From NCBI GenBank assembly GCA_964016885.1, contig OZ024740.1, positions 112,716,001 through 112,780,000 on the forward strand: DNA of 64,000 nucleotides, in the 5' to 3' direction. The translations under genes and the position numbers were made by a program. The stretch's first letter is position 1, and the number at the start of each line of letters is the position of its first letter. Under the pieces are notes generated by a model. It saw only the letters and a program-made list of their open reading frames with translations. It did no database searches and had not been told where the DNA came from. The DNA comes from Eledone cirrhosa (lineage: Eukaryota). Of the stretch, positions 43,398-57,255 are shown piece after piece.

Positions 43398-43826
43398 ATA
43401 TTTATATATATATGTGTGTGTGTGTTTATGTATATATACGTCATATACATCTGTGTGTATGAGTGTGCACGCGCTCTTCTTTTTATTAGCTCCACTTACA
43501 AACAGCCCCGCAGTCCCTGCACTGGATTCCCGAAAAGAACAATTTATTAAATTATTCTGTTACTCACAAAACTATTGTTAGTTAACCTTCTATGCAAATT
43601 TTATGATATAGCTTCTGGTATTTTTAGCTAACTGGAAAATTACTTTTGATTATTGCTAAAAAGCTTGTGGCTAGCAATCTTCTAGCTAGTTAAGTTTCTA
43701 TGTCCTCTAAAATGATATTTTTAAATCAGGCCCCCTATTTACGAGTATTTTTCTTTAAGCCTACATGTTTTCCTTTGCCCCCCACCCCATCCAAGGGCGT
43801 AGTTTCTTAGCTTGCGGTCGTCTTAA

Positions 43827-44026
43827 NNNNNNNNNNNNNNNNNNNNNNNNNNNNNNNNNNNNNNNNNNNNNNNNNNNNNNNNNNNNNNNNNNNNNNNNNN
43901 NNNNNNNNNNNNNNNNNNNNNNNNNNNNNNNNNNNNNNNNNNNNNNNNNNNNNNNNNNNNNNNNNNNNNNNNNNNNNNNNNNNNNNNNNNNNNNNNNNNN
44001 NNNNNNNNNNNNNNNNNNNNNNNNNN
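43827..44026. other. Assembly gap (200 N)
   Basis: Run of N. Confidence 1.
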
Positions 44027-44091
44027 AATATATATATAAATAAATAAATATATATATATATAAATAAATATATATAAATATAAATAAATAA

Positions 44092-44170
<79 letters not shown>

Positions 44171-44336
44171 CAAAGGGATATTTAATTTGTTGGTAATTCA
44201 ACAAATATATATATTTATAACAGATTCGAAGCACTCGACAAGTTTTCTGGAGTATAATATCAATGATATCCAGGTAAAACTTGAACCGTTAAGGTCTCAT
44301 TCCTGGATATGTCAATATTTATAAAACAAGCTTTGT

Positions 44337-44395
44337 ATTTTATCTGATGAGGGCGTACCAAAGTTTTGGTACCCTTTAAATATATATAATAGAAT
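44337..44395 (+). ncRNA. Degenerate type I HHR (GAAA replaced by UAAA)
   Basis: AUUUUAU CUGAUGA GGGCGUACCAAA GU UUUGGUACCCUU UAAA UAUAUA UA AUAGAAU. Confidence 0.55.
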
Positions 44396-44435
44396 AAATA
44401 TGGTTTTATAAATATAGTTTCCATTTATTAATATC

Positions 44436-44514
<79 letters not shown>

Positions 44515-44656
44515 AAAACACGTTCAGACCTAGCTGTCGAAACGGCCGGAGCTCAGACGTCGGGGTCCTGACTCTTTTTCTATTACCATCTCTACTACCC
44601 ATTATCGAGTACTTTGGTGCGTTATGGTCCACCGGCAACTTACGACACTTCCTTCG

Positions 44657-44708
<52 letters not shown>

Positions 44709-45639
44709 TTGGGGAGGCTCATATTTGTGTAATATTGCCAGAATTAATAACAGAACACACTCACTATTTGGTTGGTTTTCGCTTTTCGCTTCTGTGTCTT
44801 TTATATCGGTAATTTAATTTATTCGGTCCTCAATGTTGCCATTGACTGACCAACGGTCAAAAATACAGATACAATATAGACACAAACACATATATATAGT
44901 TTATCAAAGTTCTTTTGTTGCACATCTGCAACATCATTAGTGGTGCTATTGTTTCCTCCTGTTGCATTGTATTATATATATATAGTAATAATAATAAATG
45001 TGAAGACTAAAATCCAAAGAGGAATCGATAAGGATAAATATATATCACATATATGAGAACCCTAGAGCAAATATTTATTAAAATAACAGATTAAAGTTTA
45101 AACAAAGAATTGCTGCTTTCGCCCTTAACGTGATCTTCTGAAACTAAACAAATCAATCTGTGAATGCTGAAGTAAATATTTCGAAAAAAGTTGCAACCGA
45201 GGGAAAACAGGAAGACGATACTTTGGTTCGTGAAGACGTTCCCTGGCAATGAACGGATAAAAGCGAAGATAACTACTTCAGCAGCTAGGGTGAAAACAGC
45301 AAATATGCTCAAATGATTTTATATATCGTTCGCTGTCGAGTATAGTAATATTCGCTATATTACACTAAAAAAAGAGAAATAAATAAAGAAATATATAGAA
45401 ATATATTTTTGGTAATAAGACAATAGAACTGTGTGGAAATGGAAGCACCAATGGAAACATAAGTTTTAAATCTCCGAAGCCGTTTATGAAAGTATTGAAG
45501 AAGACAAGAAAACACACTTCGATCTTCCGACGTGGAAGAGGCTCCTATTAGAAGAAACCGTCACCGAATCATCATTTTTCTTACCTGTTGTACAAACCTG
45601 GCTGGACACAGAACACTGCACAAACATTCTAAACGTTCT

Positions 45640-46047
45640 ATAGAGTTATGAAATAATTGTTTCTACTTTTGGCATAAAGCCAGCAATTATCCAGTATATT
45701 ACTGGTACTTTATTTTATCGACCCCGTAAGGAAAAAGGCAAAGTCAACCTCGGCGTATTGACTTTGCCTTTCATCCTTACGGGGTCGATAAAATAAAGTA
45801 CCAGTAATGCACTGAGTAATTGCTGGCCTTGTGCCTAAAGTAGAAACAATTATTTCATCAGTATCGGTAGAGGGTTGGACGCCATGCTTTTTATCATAGT
45901 TACGTCCCTTTACGGTCTGAGTTCAAATCCCGCCGAGGTTAACTTTGCCTTTCATCCTTACGGGGTCGATAAAATAAAGTACCAGTAATATACTGAATAA
46001 TTGCTGGCTTTGTGCCAAAAGTAGAAACAATTATTTCATAACTCTAT
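45640..46047. mobile_element. SINE A cluster: inverted half, direct half, near-full copy
   Basis: 45640-45754 (-), 45758-45858 (+), 45859-46035 (+). Confidence 0.85.
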
Positions 46048-46799
46048 GAATAAGCCATAGATGACTAACATCATTAAGTAATGTCAGTTTCATGAGGAGA
46101 TAAAACGCCTCCGTTCTTTTGAAGGAAAAAAAAGAAAAATGAGTCTATAAATCCTGGAAAACTGAAAGTCGGGTATTGAAAAGAACAAAAAAACTAAAAA
46201 AGAAAACAAGGGATTGACACTCCAAATTCACTATTCTCTGTTTTTACTTTGCTCCACTTTTCAAATTGAATGACACGACAGTTCAGTTATATTCAAATAT
46301 CGTAAGCGCGTCCATTGAGAATATCGTTACGATGTTTGCGAAAATGTAAAACAAATATTTATATACCAGACAGAAATGTTAACTTTTATTTCTATATACT
46401 TCTTTTATATAATTGTCTGCTGATGGATTTTGTATGTCGCTCTGTATCTTCACCATTAACAAGAGGAAGGCAACGACGACAACAGTGACATTAACAACAA
46501 CAACTCTACCATTAACAAGAGGAAGCCAACCCAGCATCAGTGACTCACCTCCAGCCACAAGGTCCTATGACAAACTGCTAAGTTGCTCGCATGTCTGCGT
46601 GCTATTAATATTCTACCTTCCTGTGTGTCCCTCTCCATGCAGCCCTTTCTTTTCTCTCTTGTTTTCTGACACCTCTATATATATAGGTGAGCTATGAGGC
46701 CCTCTTACCAGCACGTTCCCTTCCACCCACACACGCCAGCCACCCACCCCTGATGCCGCTCGGTGCCCCAGTCCCCGGCCCCACGCCCCATCCCTCAAC

Positions 46800-49684
46800 C
46801 CTCCAAGCCGACATCTGAAGCACTTGCAGCACCACTAACAGACGGAAGAGGGGCCGGAGGTGTTTGGGGTGCAGCTGCTTCCACCACCTCACCTGCGTTG
46901 GCTTGACTCGTCGAGCTTCCAATACCCTCGCAGCGTGGAGGTGCAGGAGCTGCCTCTTCCCTACGTCTTCCCAGCCACGGCCGTTTGGCACACCACCAGA
47001 TGGGACAGAGAGCTTGCCTGATACCCAAGCCGCGCTGGTCAACATCACTCGGTTCAGGCGGCTCCGGATGATCCCACTCAGGATCCCGAGAGCGGCACGC
47101 GTTGCCGGTAGCCGATGCCCTCGCTTCCTCTATTGAGAGCGCTCTGGATTCCAATCGAGGCAGTGACTGGGAGCGGATGTTCTATTTCGCCCCACTCGTC
47201 CTCGGCCTCCCCAGCTCTGGCGCTGACCGGGGTGGCCAGTCAGCAGCAGCCTTCGTCAGGCCAATGTCTCGTCATTTAGGCGAGCGCCCATTCCAAGCGT
47301 GCCCAGGGACGCCACACACCCCACCCAGAGGTACCCCCGAGGCCAGCGCCAAGCGTTTGCGTGACCAGGTAAACGCCAAGTTATCATGGGTGATGTCTCG
47401 GCCGCAGTCAGAGTTGTTGCCTCAGAGGACACTGTGCCCCAACCCACCAAGGAGGTCATGGCTGCTCTGCGACTCAAACACCCTGAGCCACCATCTGATC
47501 TCAAACTCATACCCCCACCCGACCCCCACTTGCTCCTTGTGGCTTCTGATGCAGACATCATGTCCGCCATCAGGTCCTTCCCAGCTAGCAGCTGCGGAGG
47601 TGTTGATGGTCTCCGACCAGGCCACCTCAAGGAGTTGATATCCCCCCTCTCCGCTGAGGCCGGGCGTTGCCTTCTGAGTGCAATTGTGGAGCTCACCAAT
47701 AGGCTCATCCATGGCGCCCTGGAACCTTACACCCGAGGCCTCTTTTTTTCGGCCAGCCTCACCGCTCTCAGGAAGAAAGATGGTGGCATACGCCCCATTG
47801 CTGTGGGCAATGTCTTCCGGAGGCTGGCTGCCAAGGTGATCTGCAAGTCCGTAACAGACGAACTGGGTGAGGAGTTTAGTCCGGTGCAACTGGGTGTCGG
47901 TGTGTCCGGTGGCTGTGAGGGGGCCGCTCATGCAACCAGGCAGTTCTTCAACAGCTGCCCATCGGAACCGGCATCCAGGGACTCCAGGCACCTCATTGTC
48001 AAGCTTGACATGAGGAATGCCTTCAACTCTTTACGCTGGGATCATCTGCTCGAGGCCTGCCTCAGCCGGGCCTCCTCTGCTTACCCGCTGGCCTACCTGT
48101 CGTATGGAGCTCCTTGCTGCTGATACGGTCATACACTCGGCTACTGGGCTCCAACAGGGCGACCCTTTGAGACCCCTCCTGTTCGCCCTTGGTATTGACC
48201 AAATCGCCCGGAGTATCACGGCCCTTTTAACGTTTGGTATCTGGATGATACTACGTTAGGCGGGCCCGTACGGACGGTCTGCCATGACCTTCAATCGGTG
48301 GTTCCTGCCCTGGCGGCAATCGGCCTCCAGGTCAACTCGGCCAAGTCGGAGGTGGTGAATGTCAGCCTCGATGCTGCGAGCTTTGCAGCCTCCGTCTTGG
48401 ACGTGCGGTCCATTCTCCACCAGGTTCAGGTGATCCCCAAAGAGGATGTCCACATCCTCGGGTCACCGATCCACCCGCCGGCCATCCACTCCACCATCAG
48501 GTCCAGGCTTATACAACTCCAGACTCTCACGAGCCGACTGGGCTTGATTGACGGCCACCCAGCTCTCTTTCTGCTGAGGAACTTCTTCGCAATGCCGAAG
48601 CTCCTCTATACCCTCCGCAGCGCTCCGTGCTATACCCAGACATCTCTCCACGCTGACCTCGATACTTGTATCCGAGCTGCAGCCGAGAAGATATGCAACG
48701 TCAAGTTTGACAACATGGGGTGGCAACAGGCCACTTTACCTGTCAGGTATGGCGGCCTTGGCATCCGATCCCCAATCTCACTAGCTTTGCCGGCGTATCT
48801 TTCGTCGGTAACCTCGTGCCGCGTCCTCGTCAGCAGGGTTCTTCAAAACACAACAGAACTAACTGTGTTCAGAGAACGCGAGACCTCTTGTGAGACGTGG
48901 GACCGACTGGGACTTAGCCCAATAGACGTCCCTCCTCCTTCTCCTCCTGTTGACGTCAAGTCCCCCAACGCATTTGGGATGCCATCCAGTGCAGACTGGC
49001 CTCAGACAGGCTCACGCGCCAGCTCGACCAGCACCGCCTGGCTCCATGCCCTGCCCTCCTTCTCCACTGGCACGCAGCTAGACAACCATAGCCTGCGCAT
49101 CGGCGTTTCCCTGAGGCTCGGCCTCCGGATCTGCCAGCCACACCAATGTCGATGCGGTTCTTGTCGCCACAGTGCCGGCCGCATTCCACGCCATGCTGCC
49201 CTCAACGAAGTCATTAAGCATGGCTTGGACGCTGCAGGTTTCCTTCGCAGCTCGAGCCGGTGGGACTGGATCGATGGGAGGGCAAAAGGCCAGATGGCAT
49301 GACCGTCTTCCCGTTCCGCGGTGGCAAATCCCTAGTCTGGATGCCAATTGCACCGATGCTTTCTGCAGTCGCAACCTGGTGCAATCTGCGACTGACACAG
49401 GTTCTGCTGCACGTCGGGCTGAGGGGGCCAAACTCCTCAAATACCGGTCGCTCTCCGACAGGTTTGCGGTCGTACCCCTGGCAGTGGAAACTTCTGGTGT
49501 CCTCCGCCCCAGGGCTACCTCCTTACTCACCACCATAGGCGCTGAGCTGGCCAGCTGCAGGTGTAAGCCCCGCGAGTTGGAGTTGCTTTTCCAGCGCGTC
49601 TCCCTTGCCATCCTCCGAGGAAACGCCTTCTCCATTCTGTCCGCCGGGGATGTGGGTGGGCCTCATCGCTTAAAAGGCGGATAA
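46800..49684 (+). pseudogene. Frameshifted CRE-like non-LTR retrotransposon ORF: PHD finger, RT, CCHC and restriction-like endonuclease
   Basis: CLGC..FHHLTC...WRCRSC; KKDGGIRPIAVG, QLGVG, KLDMRNAFN, QQGDPL, WYLDD, GGLG; RH..LN, KRPDG, K..KY, PLAVETSG. Confidence 0.85.
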
Positions 49685-50077
49685 ATAAAGTACCAATCCG
49701 ACATTGGTGTCGATTTTCCACCCCCCTTTTCTCTCTATCCACACATACACATCTTTGCTCCTAAAGAATATATAATGGCAAGCTTATTTTAACTTTGAAT
49801 AAATACGTCGTTATGTGGAACGATGAGAACAATTACACGCAAAGTCAAAACCACGTTTATGGCATAAATGGAGTTGTAGACTAATATTCTATTTAGGAAA
49901 CCGAATGATTCTCGGCTTCAGAGTTTAGAATAATGTAAATAAATTAGTAGAACGAAAATGACAAAGGTTATTAAAATCATAAAAGTAACAATAATTAAAT
50001 ATATACATACACGCATACGCGAAAACACCCGCCATTCATGCATATACTTGCACGTACACATAAACCCGCATACTGTG

Positions 50078-50132
<55 letters not shown>

Positions 50133-50179
50133 TGTGTGTGTGTGAGAGACAGAGAGAGTGTGTGTGTGAGAGAAAGAGA

Positions 50180-50238
<59 letters not shown>

Positions 50239-51094
50239 ATGTAGTATGCTCAGACGAAGACAACAACTGTAAATACAGTCTCTTGCTATACATAGCTTAG
50301 AAAATCGAGTAAAGACTCCTTATAGATAGAAAATATTGCCAGAGAGATATAAGGTTCGATTCCTCTTAACAGCCACTGTATTACTAAATTTCACTCAGAA
50401 GGTTGGTCAACCCGAGGCTATATATCATATTTGCCCACGATGTCATGCAGCGGGACTGAATCCAGAATAACATGACTGCAAAACGAACTTTTTAGCCCCA
50501 CAGCCATGCCTATATGCATATGTATGATAAGAAAACTGCAAGTGAACAATACTAAATTCTACAAATTATTGGGTCGTCAAGTATGAAATTTGTAGGAATT
50601 TGTTTTTGTTCTAGAAATTTCTAGAAATTTCATACTTGATGACTCAATATATTTGTGTTGATCAATGCGTGTGTAAACAAATGAGAACAGGGAAGAGAAA
50701 ATAAATTGTAGCGCCGTATAAATGTCTTTAGGGATTTCCAAAAGAGACACATAGTATAACAATTGGTACCTTATTCCAATTTTCCTGATGCTTTTTCTTT
50801 AATCAGTCATTTGGAGACATTTGTTTAACGAGAATTTGGAAGCGTATCTGTCGGAAATTCTTCGCTAAATAGAATAGGAAATGTGGAAAATACGTCTATA
50901 TCTATAACTCTGTGATTCTCAGACATCGGGGGTAGGGTAGGACAGTTGGCTCCCAGGAGACAAGTTATAAGAGAGGAATTGAGGAGGAATCTAAACTGTT
51001 AAAAAATAGTGTAAATTGTGTATATATCAAATAAAATACCAATATACCCAACTATAAAGGCGATCAGGAATTATTTGTTCAGAGAGAGAGAGAG

Positions 51095-51263
<169 letters not shown>

Positions 51264-51368
51264 AACTGCTGCTTTAGACATTCAGAGACATATACACTCG
51301 AGCATATATACAGAAATGCATATGGCAAATAGGTAGGAATGAGTGGAAGAGACAATATATATATACAT

Positions 51369-52225
51369 ATATAAAATGAGGTAAATATCTCTCTGGGTAC
51401 TAAGTACCCATAGAGATATATAGGGTGTCTATAAATATAATTGTTGTTCGATGCTACTAATTTGAAATACCAGAACTATAAAAATTGAGATGAGCAGAAC
51501 AAACAAACATTAAACAATTCTTTAAAAAAATTAAAAAATGATTCAAATATTTACCTGTTCATAATGCTACTACCGGCGGTTTCGCTTTACAAAAGATTAG
51601 AAATTCAGAGAATTTCTAACGGAAAGGTAAAGTTCATCATATAGCTATTTCCACTCTATAGGATCAAGTCAGGTAGATATTTGAATCATTTACTAATTTT
51701 TTTAAAGAATTGTTTAATGTTTGTTTGTTCTGCTCATCTCAATTTTTATAGTTCTGGTATTTCAAATTAGTACCATCGAACAACAATTATATTATAGACA
51801 CCCTATATATCTCTATGGGTACTTAGTACCCAGAGAGATATTTACTTCATTTTATATATTCTCCAATCTATGTCGAGAAAAAATTCGTTGTTGCTTACTG
51901 TTATTTTTTAGCAGCAAAGCCAGCAGCACGTCTGTAATATTTCCGCTTTCACTAGCGGACAGTTGATGTGTGGGTCACTTTAACGGCTATAACTCATACG
52001 AGCTGGTAGTTGGCAATATATTTGCAGATTATGGGACTTGATCCTATAGAGTGGAAATAGCTATCTGATGAACTTTACTTTTCCGTTACAAACTCTATGA
52101 ATTTCTAATCTTTTGTAAAGTGAAACCGCCGGTAGTAGCATTATGAACAGGTAGATATTTGAATCATTTTTTAATTTTTTTAAAGAATTGTTTAATGTTT
52201 GTTTGTTCTGCTCATCTCAATTTTT
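51369..52225. mobile_element. 478-bp HHR-containing unit, terminally redundant, with an upstream inverted copy
   Basis: aggtagatatttgaatc at 51671 and 52149; 51369-51670 is the reverse complement of the unit junction region. Confidence 0.8.
52060..52139 (+). ncRNA. Type I HHR (mirror copy 51566-51645 has C3 changed to A)
   Basis: GCUAU CUGAUGA ACUUUAC..GUAAAGU GAAA CCG C CGG UA GUAGC. Confidence 0.85.
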
Positions 52226-52229
52226 AGAT

Positions 52230-52326
<97 letters not shown>

Positions 52327-52373
52327 TATATGTGTGTGTGAGTGTGTGTGTGTGTATATATATACATATATAT

Positions 52374-52432
<59 letters not shown>

Positions 52433-53965
52433 ATGAAATATAAGAATCAAAGAACTGTTCAAAACATTTTTGTGCTTACAACTGTTTCCTCCAAACCGAG
52501 GTTTGGATTCTTCGGAGCAATTTATTAATGAATGGACAGTTATATGACCTCCTTTTCACCCAAGAGACATACAGATACATATGCAAATATTGTGGGTCAA
52601 CATTCATTACAGCATTTAGAGTGGCAGTACACACTTAGAGATTACATTCATATTAAAAGGTACAATCAAAAATCAAAAATACAGGTTAAAATACATGAAA
52701 ATAAGCGGTTATATAGTGCAAATGTTATATGTGTGGCAAGCACGTGCGTCTTGTTTATATAGTGTGGCAGAGAGTTACGTGTAGTAGAAGCACTTAGGTA
52801 GGTAAACAAGAGTGTTAGGTTGGTTGATCTGGTGGCAAATTCGTTATATGATTGTTATAGTCTGTGTGTGGAGAAATGATATAAGCATTAAAAATAGTGC
52901 AAGCATTACAAATATTAAAAGTATTGGAAATGCACAGCGAAGGGATGATATGGACTTCATGTACTTCGACATTTTCATAGTCAGGGGAGTGTATTTTTCA
53001 GATTATATGCCCCTCACATAATCCACGACAATTCGATATTGAGCGTTTGACAATCCAGTTAGAGAATCGTAGTCTGATGTTCTTTAGTTCAATACAGGAG
53101 GCTGTTACGTTTCGAGAATCGACATTGAATACTACCCGGAAGTGTGTGTGTGGCTAAGGGGAGTTAATGCATGAGGGGAGGTAACTCCGAGGTTTCTATT
53201 ACTAGCTATTGAAATGTGTCTCAAAATAGACCCTAATTTCTATGGTTATGCGCAACTTACAAAAATTTCTAAAGCATAAAGTGTTTTAACTATAGAGTAG
53301 TCTATTAAGTTGTGCTGAAGGTGTTCGTATTATTATGGTGAATTAACCCCCATCGTAGGGTGCCACAAATGAATATTATAGACGACGAGCGAGGATTCTA
53401 AATTAATGATCTCTGTGGTTGTAGTCTACTCATAGGACCAGGCGCGGTGATTGCAGAATCACTTCAACACACAATGATCTCTGGTAAGTTCTGGGTCATC
53501 GCTTGCTACATTGGATGCCGAAAGATAATCATCACCAGGGCCGACCAGAGGTCAATCCGCAGTCCTCATGACCCCACTCTGACCATCAAATCATCCATAT
53601 ATGTACAACCCGCACGCCAGTTGCAATACATTCATTCTCTGCACTCAGCGTCCTGGTCCTACTGCTCAACAGCGTTACTAGATTAAATCGTTTTTCATCT
53701 GTCCAAGGAAGGCACTTCCTCCGCACAACACTACCAAGCCAATCAATTCATGCTTAAATTACCTATAGAGCGGTGTAATGTAGTTCAAGCAGGTGGATGT
53801 TGTCACACCTAACGTAGAGGTATAAATGGGTATTCTCCCTGCGAAGGGTTCCAGAGGGATGTCGTTGTTTGTGTTATAATAGATCAGTTAGTGTTGGGTA
53901 TGTGGTATAAGGTGTGCCCCTGGTGTTTGATGCTAGAGGTGGTGTTTGGTTCAAGTCCGACATTG

Positions 53966-55378
53966 CTATATATTGGGCTTAAAGTTCTGGAAGGAATGTC
54001 TGAAGCGGTGCTGGCAAGTTGCAAACACTTCAGATTTTTTGTTAAGTAGGTTACGGTTAGAGAAGATAATATTGTGGGTCTCTAGTATACAGAGGTTACA
54101 AAATTTATTAGGTGGTTTGTACGAAGTCGCGCTGCCTATCACTTCCCATTTGAGTGTGTATGGTTTATTTTTAGTTTTTAGATAGTGTATGTAGCTAGAT
54201 AGTGAGGTGGAGTTGGCTAGGCTGTGCTTTTTGAACGAGTGGATGTGCGAATTATATCTGATTTTGAAGCAGTTAGAAGTGGAGCCTACATAGGTTTCTG
54301 AAGAGTTGCTAGTTGTGACGGTGCATGAGTATATGATATCCTTGGTTAGGCATTTTTTATCTAAAGGGCAGGTTCTATTAGCTCTACAGTTACAATTATC
54401 CTGTGCGTTAGTCTGCTGGTTATAATGCAGTGCAGAAGTCTGGGTGGTAGCTATAGGATTTTGGACATTCGGGTTGTCAACCCCGGTGTTATTTCTTATA
54501 CTAGTGTTATTTCTATTGTTACTGCCGTTACTATGGTTGCTTGCTACAGAGGTATTTAGAAGGTTTGCATCCTGTTGTGATTTCATTTGTTGGAAGTAAG
54601 AATTAATTTTACTTTTATTGCTGCTAGCTATGTGGTATGCTAAGTTAGGCGTCGTAGAGTATGAGATTTTAATAGTGTTTTTGTTTAAAAGGTTGTGGTA
54701 CTTGTGTCCTAGAGGGAAGATTTTATCTAGTAGTGAGAAGAAAGCCCTAGGTATGTTGGTGGAGACATTTAGGTTGAAAGGAGGGTTGAAAAATGTAATA
54801 TTTCTTCTTCTATTTTTGTTTTTAGTGTTTGGTGTGTTGTTTCTTCCTAAGGCACTACAGTAGTTTCCGTGGTAATGGTTACTTCCGGTGGCACCCTCCG
54901 CTTTGGTGTACTTGTGGTTGCTATTATTAGGTTTCCTCATGGACATGTTGTGCGAGATGATGTTGTAGCTATGTGTTTTCTTAGGTAGGAACTCAATTTC
55001 TGTATTATGGCCGGATCTAGCTAATGCTTGATTGTAATATTGTGAGTTTTTGCTAAATATGTTTGCGTCATAGGATAGACTAGAGATTCTATTGGATACC
55101 CCCTTAGAGATAGAGTTTAATATTGATCTAGGGTGATTAGACTTGGTATCTACGTAAATGAGTTTTTTGTTAGGCTTATGGAAAGGTGTATATATTTTTG
55201 AGTCTAGGTATAGTGTGGCGTCTAGGAAGTTAACATTTTTAGAGTTTTTGTCCATGGTGATACTAAGGTTAAAGTTTTTGAATGTCTTGGGCAATTGTTT
55301 TCTAGTTCTTTCTATATTAAATTTTTTATATTCTATAAGTAGAAGTGTATCATCGCGGTACAAACCATCGTTGAGGTA
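53966..55378 (-). CDS. PLE polyprotein C-terminal half: RT (YRDD, FLD, SNHP), CxCx5C linker, GIY-YIG endonuclease
   Basis: Open for 465+ aa; CNCRANRTCPL; IIYSC...YVGST; CNLC..E...LLN.KSE....CQH; truncated at the inversion junction. Confidence 0.88.
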   Translation of the reverse strand, partial: YLNDGLYRDDTLLLIEYKKFNIERTRKQLPKTFKNFNLSITMDKNSKNVNFLDATLYLDSKIYTPFHKPNKKLIYVDTKSNHPRSILNSISKGVSNRISSLSYDANIFSKNSQYYNQALARSGHNTEIEFLPKKTHSYNIISHNMSMRKPNNSNHKYTKAEGATGSNHYHGNYCSALGRNNTPNTKNKNRRRNITFFNPPFNLNVSTNIPRAFFSLLDKIFPLGHKYHNLLNKNTIKISYSTTPNLAYHIASSNKSKINSYFQQMKSQQDANLLNTSVASNHSNGSNNRNNTSIRNNTGVDNPNVQNPIATTQTSALHYNQQTNAQDNCNCRANRTCPLDKKCLTKDIIYSCTVTTSNSSETYVGSTSNCFKIRYNSHIHSFKKHSLANSTSLSSYIHYLKTKNKPYTLKWEVIGSATSYKPPNKFCNLCILETHNIIFSNRNLLNKKSEVFATCQHRFRHSFQNFKPNI

Positions 55379-55930
55379 AGGGAGGTCCTAACTGGATTGT
55401 CAAACGCTCAATATCGAATTGTCGTGGATTATGTGAGGGGCATATAATCTGAAAAATACACTCCCCTGACTATGAAAATGTCGAAGTACATGAAGTCCAT
55501 ATCATCCCTTCGCTGTGCATTTCCAATACTTTTAATATTTGTAATGCTTGCACTATTTTTAATGCTTATATCATTTCTCCACACACAGACTATAACAATC
55601 ATATAACGAATTTGCCACCAGATCAACCAACCTAACACTCTTGTTTACCTACCTAAGTGCTTCTACTACACGTAACTCTCTGCCACACTATATAAACAAG
55701 ACGCACGTGCTTGCCACACATATAACATTTGCACTATATAACCGCTTATTTTCATGTATTTTAACCTGTATTTTTGATTTTTGATTGTACCTTTTAATAT
55801 GAATGTAATCTCTAAGTGTGTACTGCCACTCTAAATGCTGTAATGAATGTTGACCCACAATATTTGCATATGTATCTGTATGTCTCTTGGGTGAAAAGGA
55901 GGTCATATAACTGTCCATTCATTAATAAAT

Positions 55931-55977
55931 TGCTCCGAAGAATCCAAACCTCGGTTTGGAGGAAACAGTTGTAAGCA
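55931..55977 (+). ncRNA. Type I HHR-like motif with CCGAAGA core (mirror copy 52473-52519 on -)
   Basis: UGCU CCGAAGA A UCCAAACC UC GGUUUGGA G GAAA CAGUUG UA AGCA. Confidence 0.6.
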
Positions 55978-56191
55978 CAAAAATGTTTTGAACAGTTCTT
56001 TGATTCTTATATTTCATATAACTGCTCTGTAAATCATCTGATGTTTTTACATTGAGCTACTTAACTTACTGGTAATAAGGTAGTAATATATTACTGCCTA
56101 CCACTATTTAGGGTTTGTATAAAAAAATATATATAACTGCAAAAGGTTTTTGTATTTACATAACCATAAATAGTATAATTAATACTATCAA

Positions 56192-56260
<69 letters not shown>

Positions 56261-56565
56261 CTTTATAACCTATGTTTATTGCTCTGGTCTTTTTTAGCTC
56301 ATGGAGCGCTTGCCAGTATGACTCGGAATTTGCGTTACGTTTCGCTTTTTCTACGCGCCGAAATGTGATTCTCGCTGAATTTATATTTATATATATATAT
56401 ATATTCCGAGTCATACTGGCAAGCGCTCCATGGGCTAAAAAGGACCAGAGCAATAAACATAGGTTACAAAGGCCATATAAAACTGAGAAGGCGGTCAGGA
56501 AGCCATAAACCACCTAAGCCAAAAAACAAGTCAAGCTAAACAGGTCAGACAAAATAAATGACATA

Positions 56566-56668
<103 letters not shown>

Positions 56669-57137
56669 GGGGTAACAAATTATTGTTATAAGTAGTCCAC
56701 TTAGGTGTAGTCCAGTTATGGTACTCCGGGTAGTGGATGATATCAACGCTTGGCTACCCCACGACAGCTTTTACATGTCAACTTTATACATCTGCCTCAT
56801 GTCAGCTAGTTTTACACGCTAAAATCGTAGATATACTATACTTCCCACCTAGATTGAGGTTGTGATTATTTCAAATAATTTATTGCTAACATTGTTAGTA
56901 TTGTTGTTATTGTTCTGATTGAATGCCATTACTACTATATATAGTAGCCATGCCTGTATATTCTTTTCACTCTCACAAGCTCCGATGAATTGACTGGTTA
57001 TAACTTTGTATTGGTGATCGAGTAACGTGAAAATAAGCGGATAGCGATCTCTAGACCTACCAGTTCAGAGAAACAATTGTTATCAATGAGATTTAAAATC
57101 TTTTTTGTATAGCAAACCGTGTCACTCTTCTATCCTG

Positions 57138-57255
<118 letters not shown>

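Larger units (their letters stand above)
52430..56020 (-). mobile_element. Young 5'-truncated Penelope-like element with 633-bp inverted pseudo-LTRs (52430-53062 / 55388-56020)
   Basis: The arms look identical by eye and enclose an uninterrupted RT-EN ORF. Confidence 0.92.

Noticed and set aside
53447-53770. Possible antisense decayed PLE thumb (SIYVQPARQLQYIH) inside the PLE 3' region
   Set aside because: Similarity too weak to assert without alignment statistics
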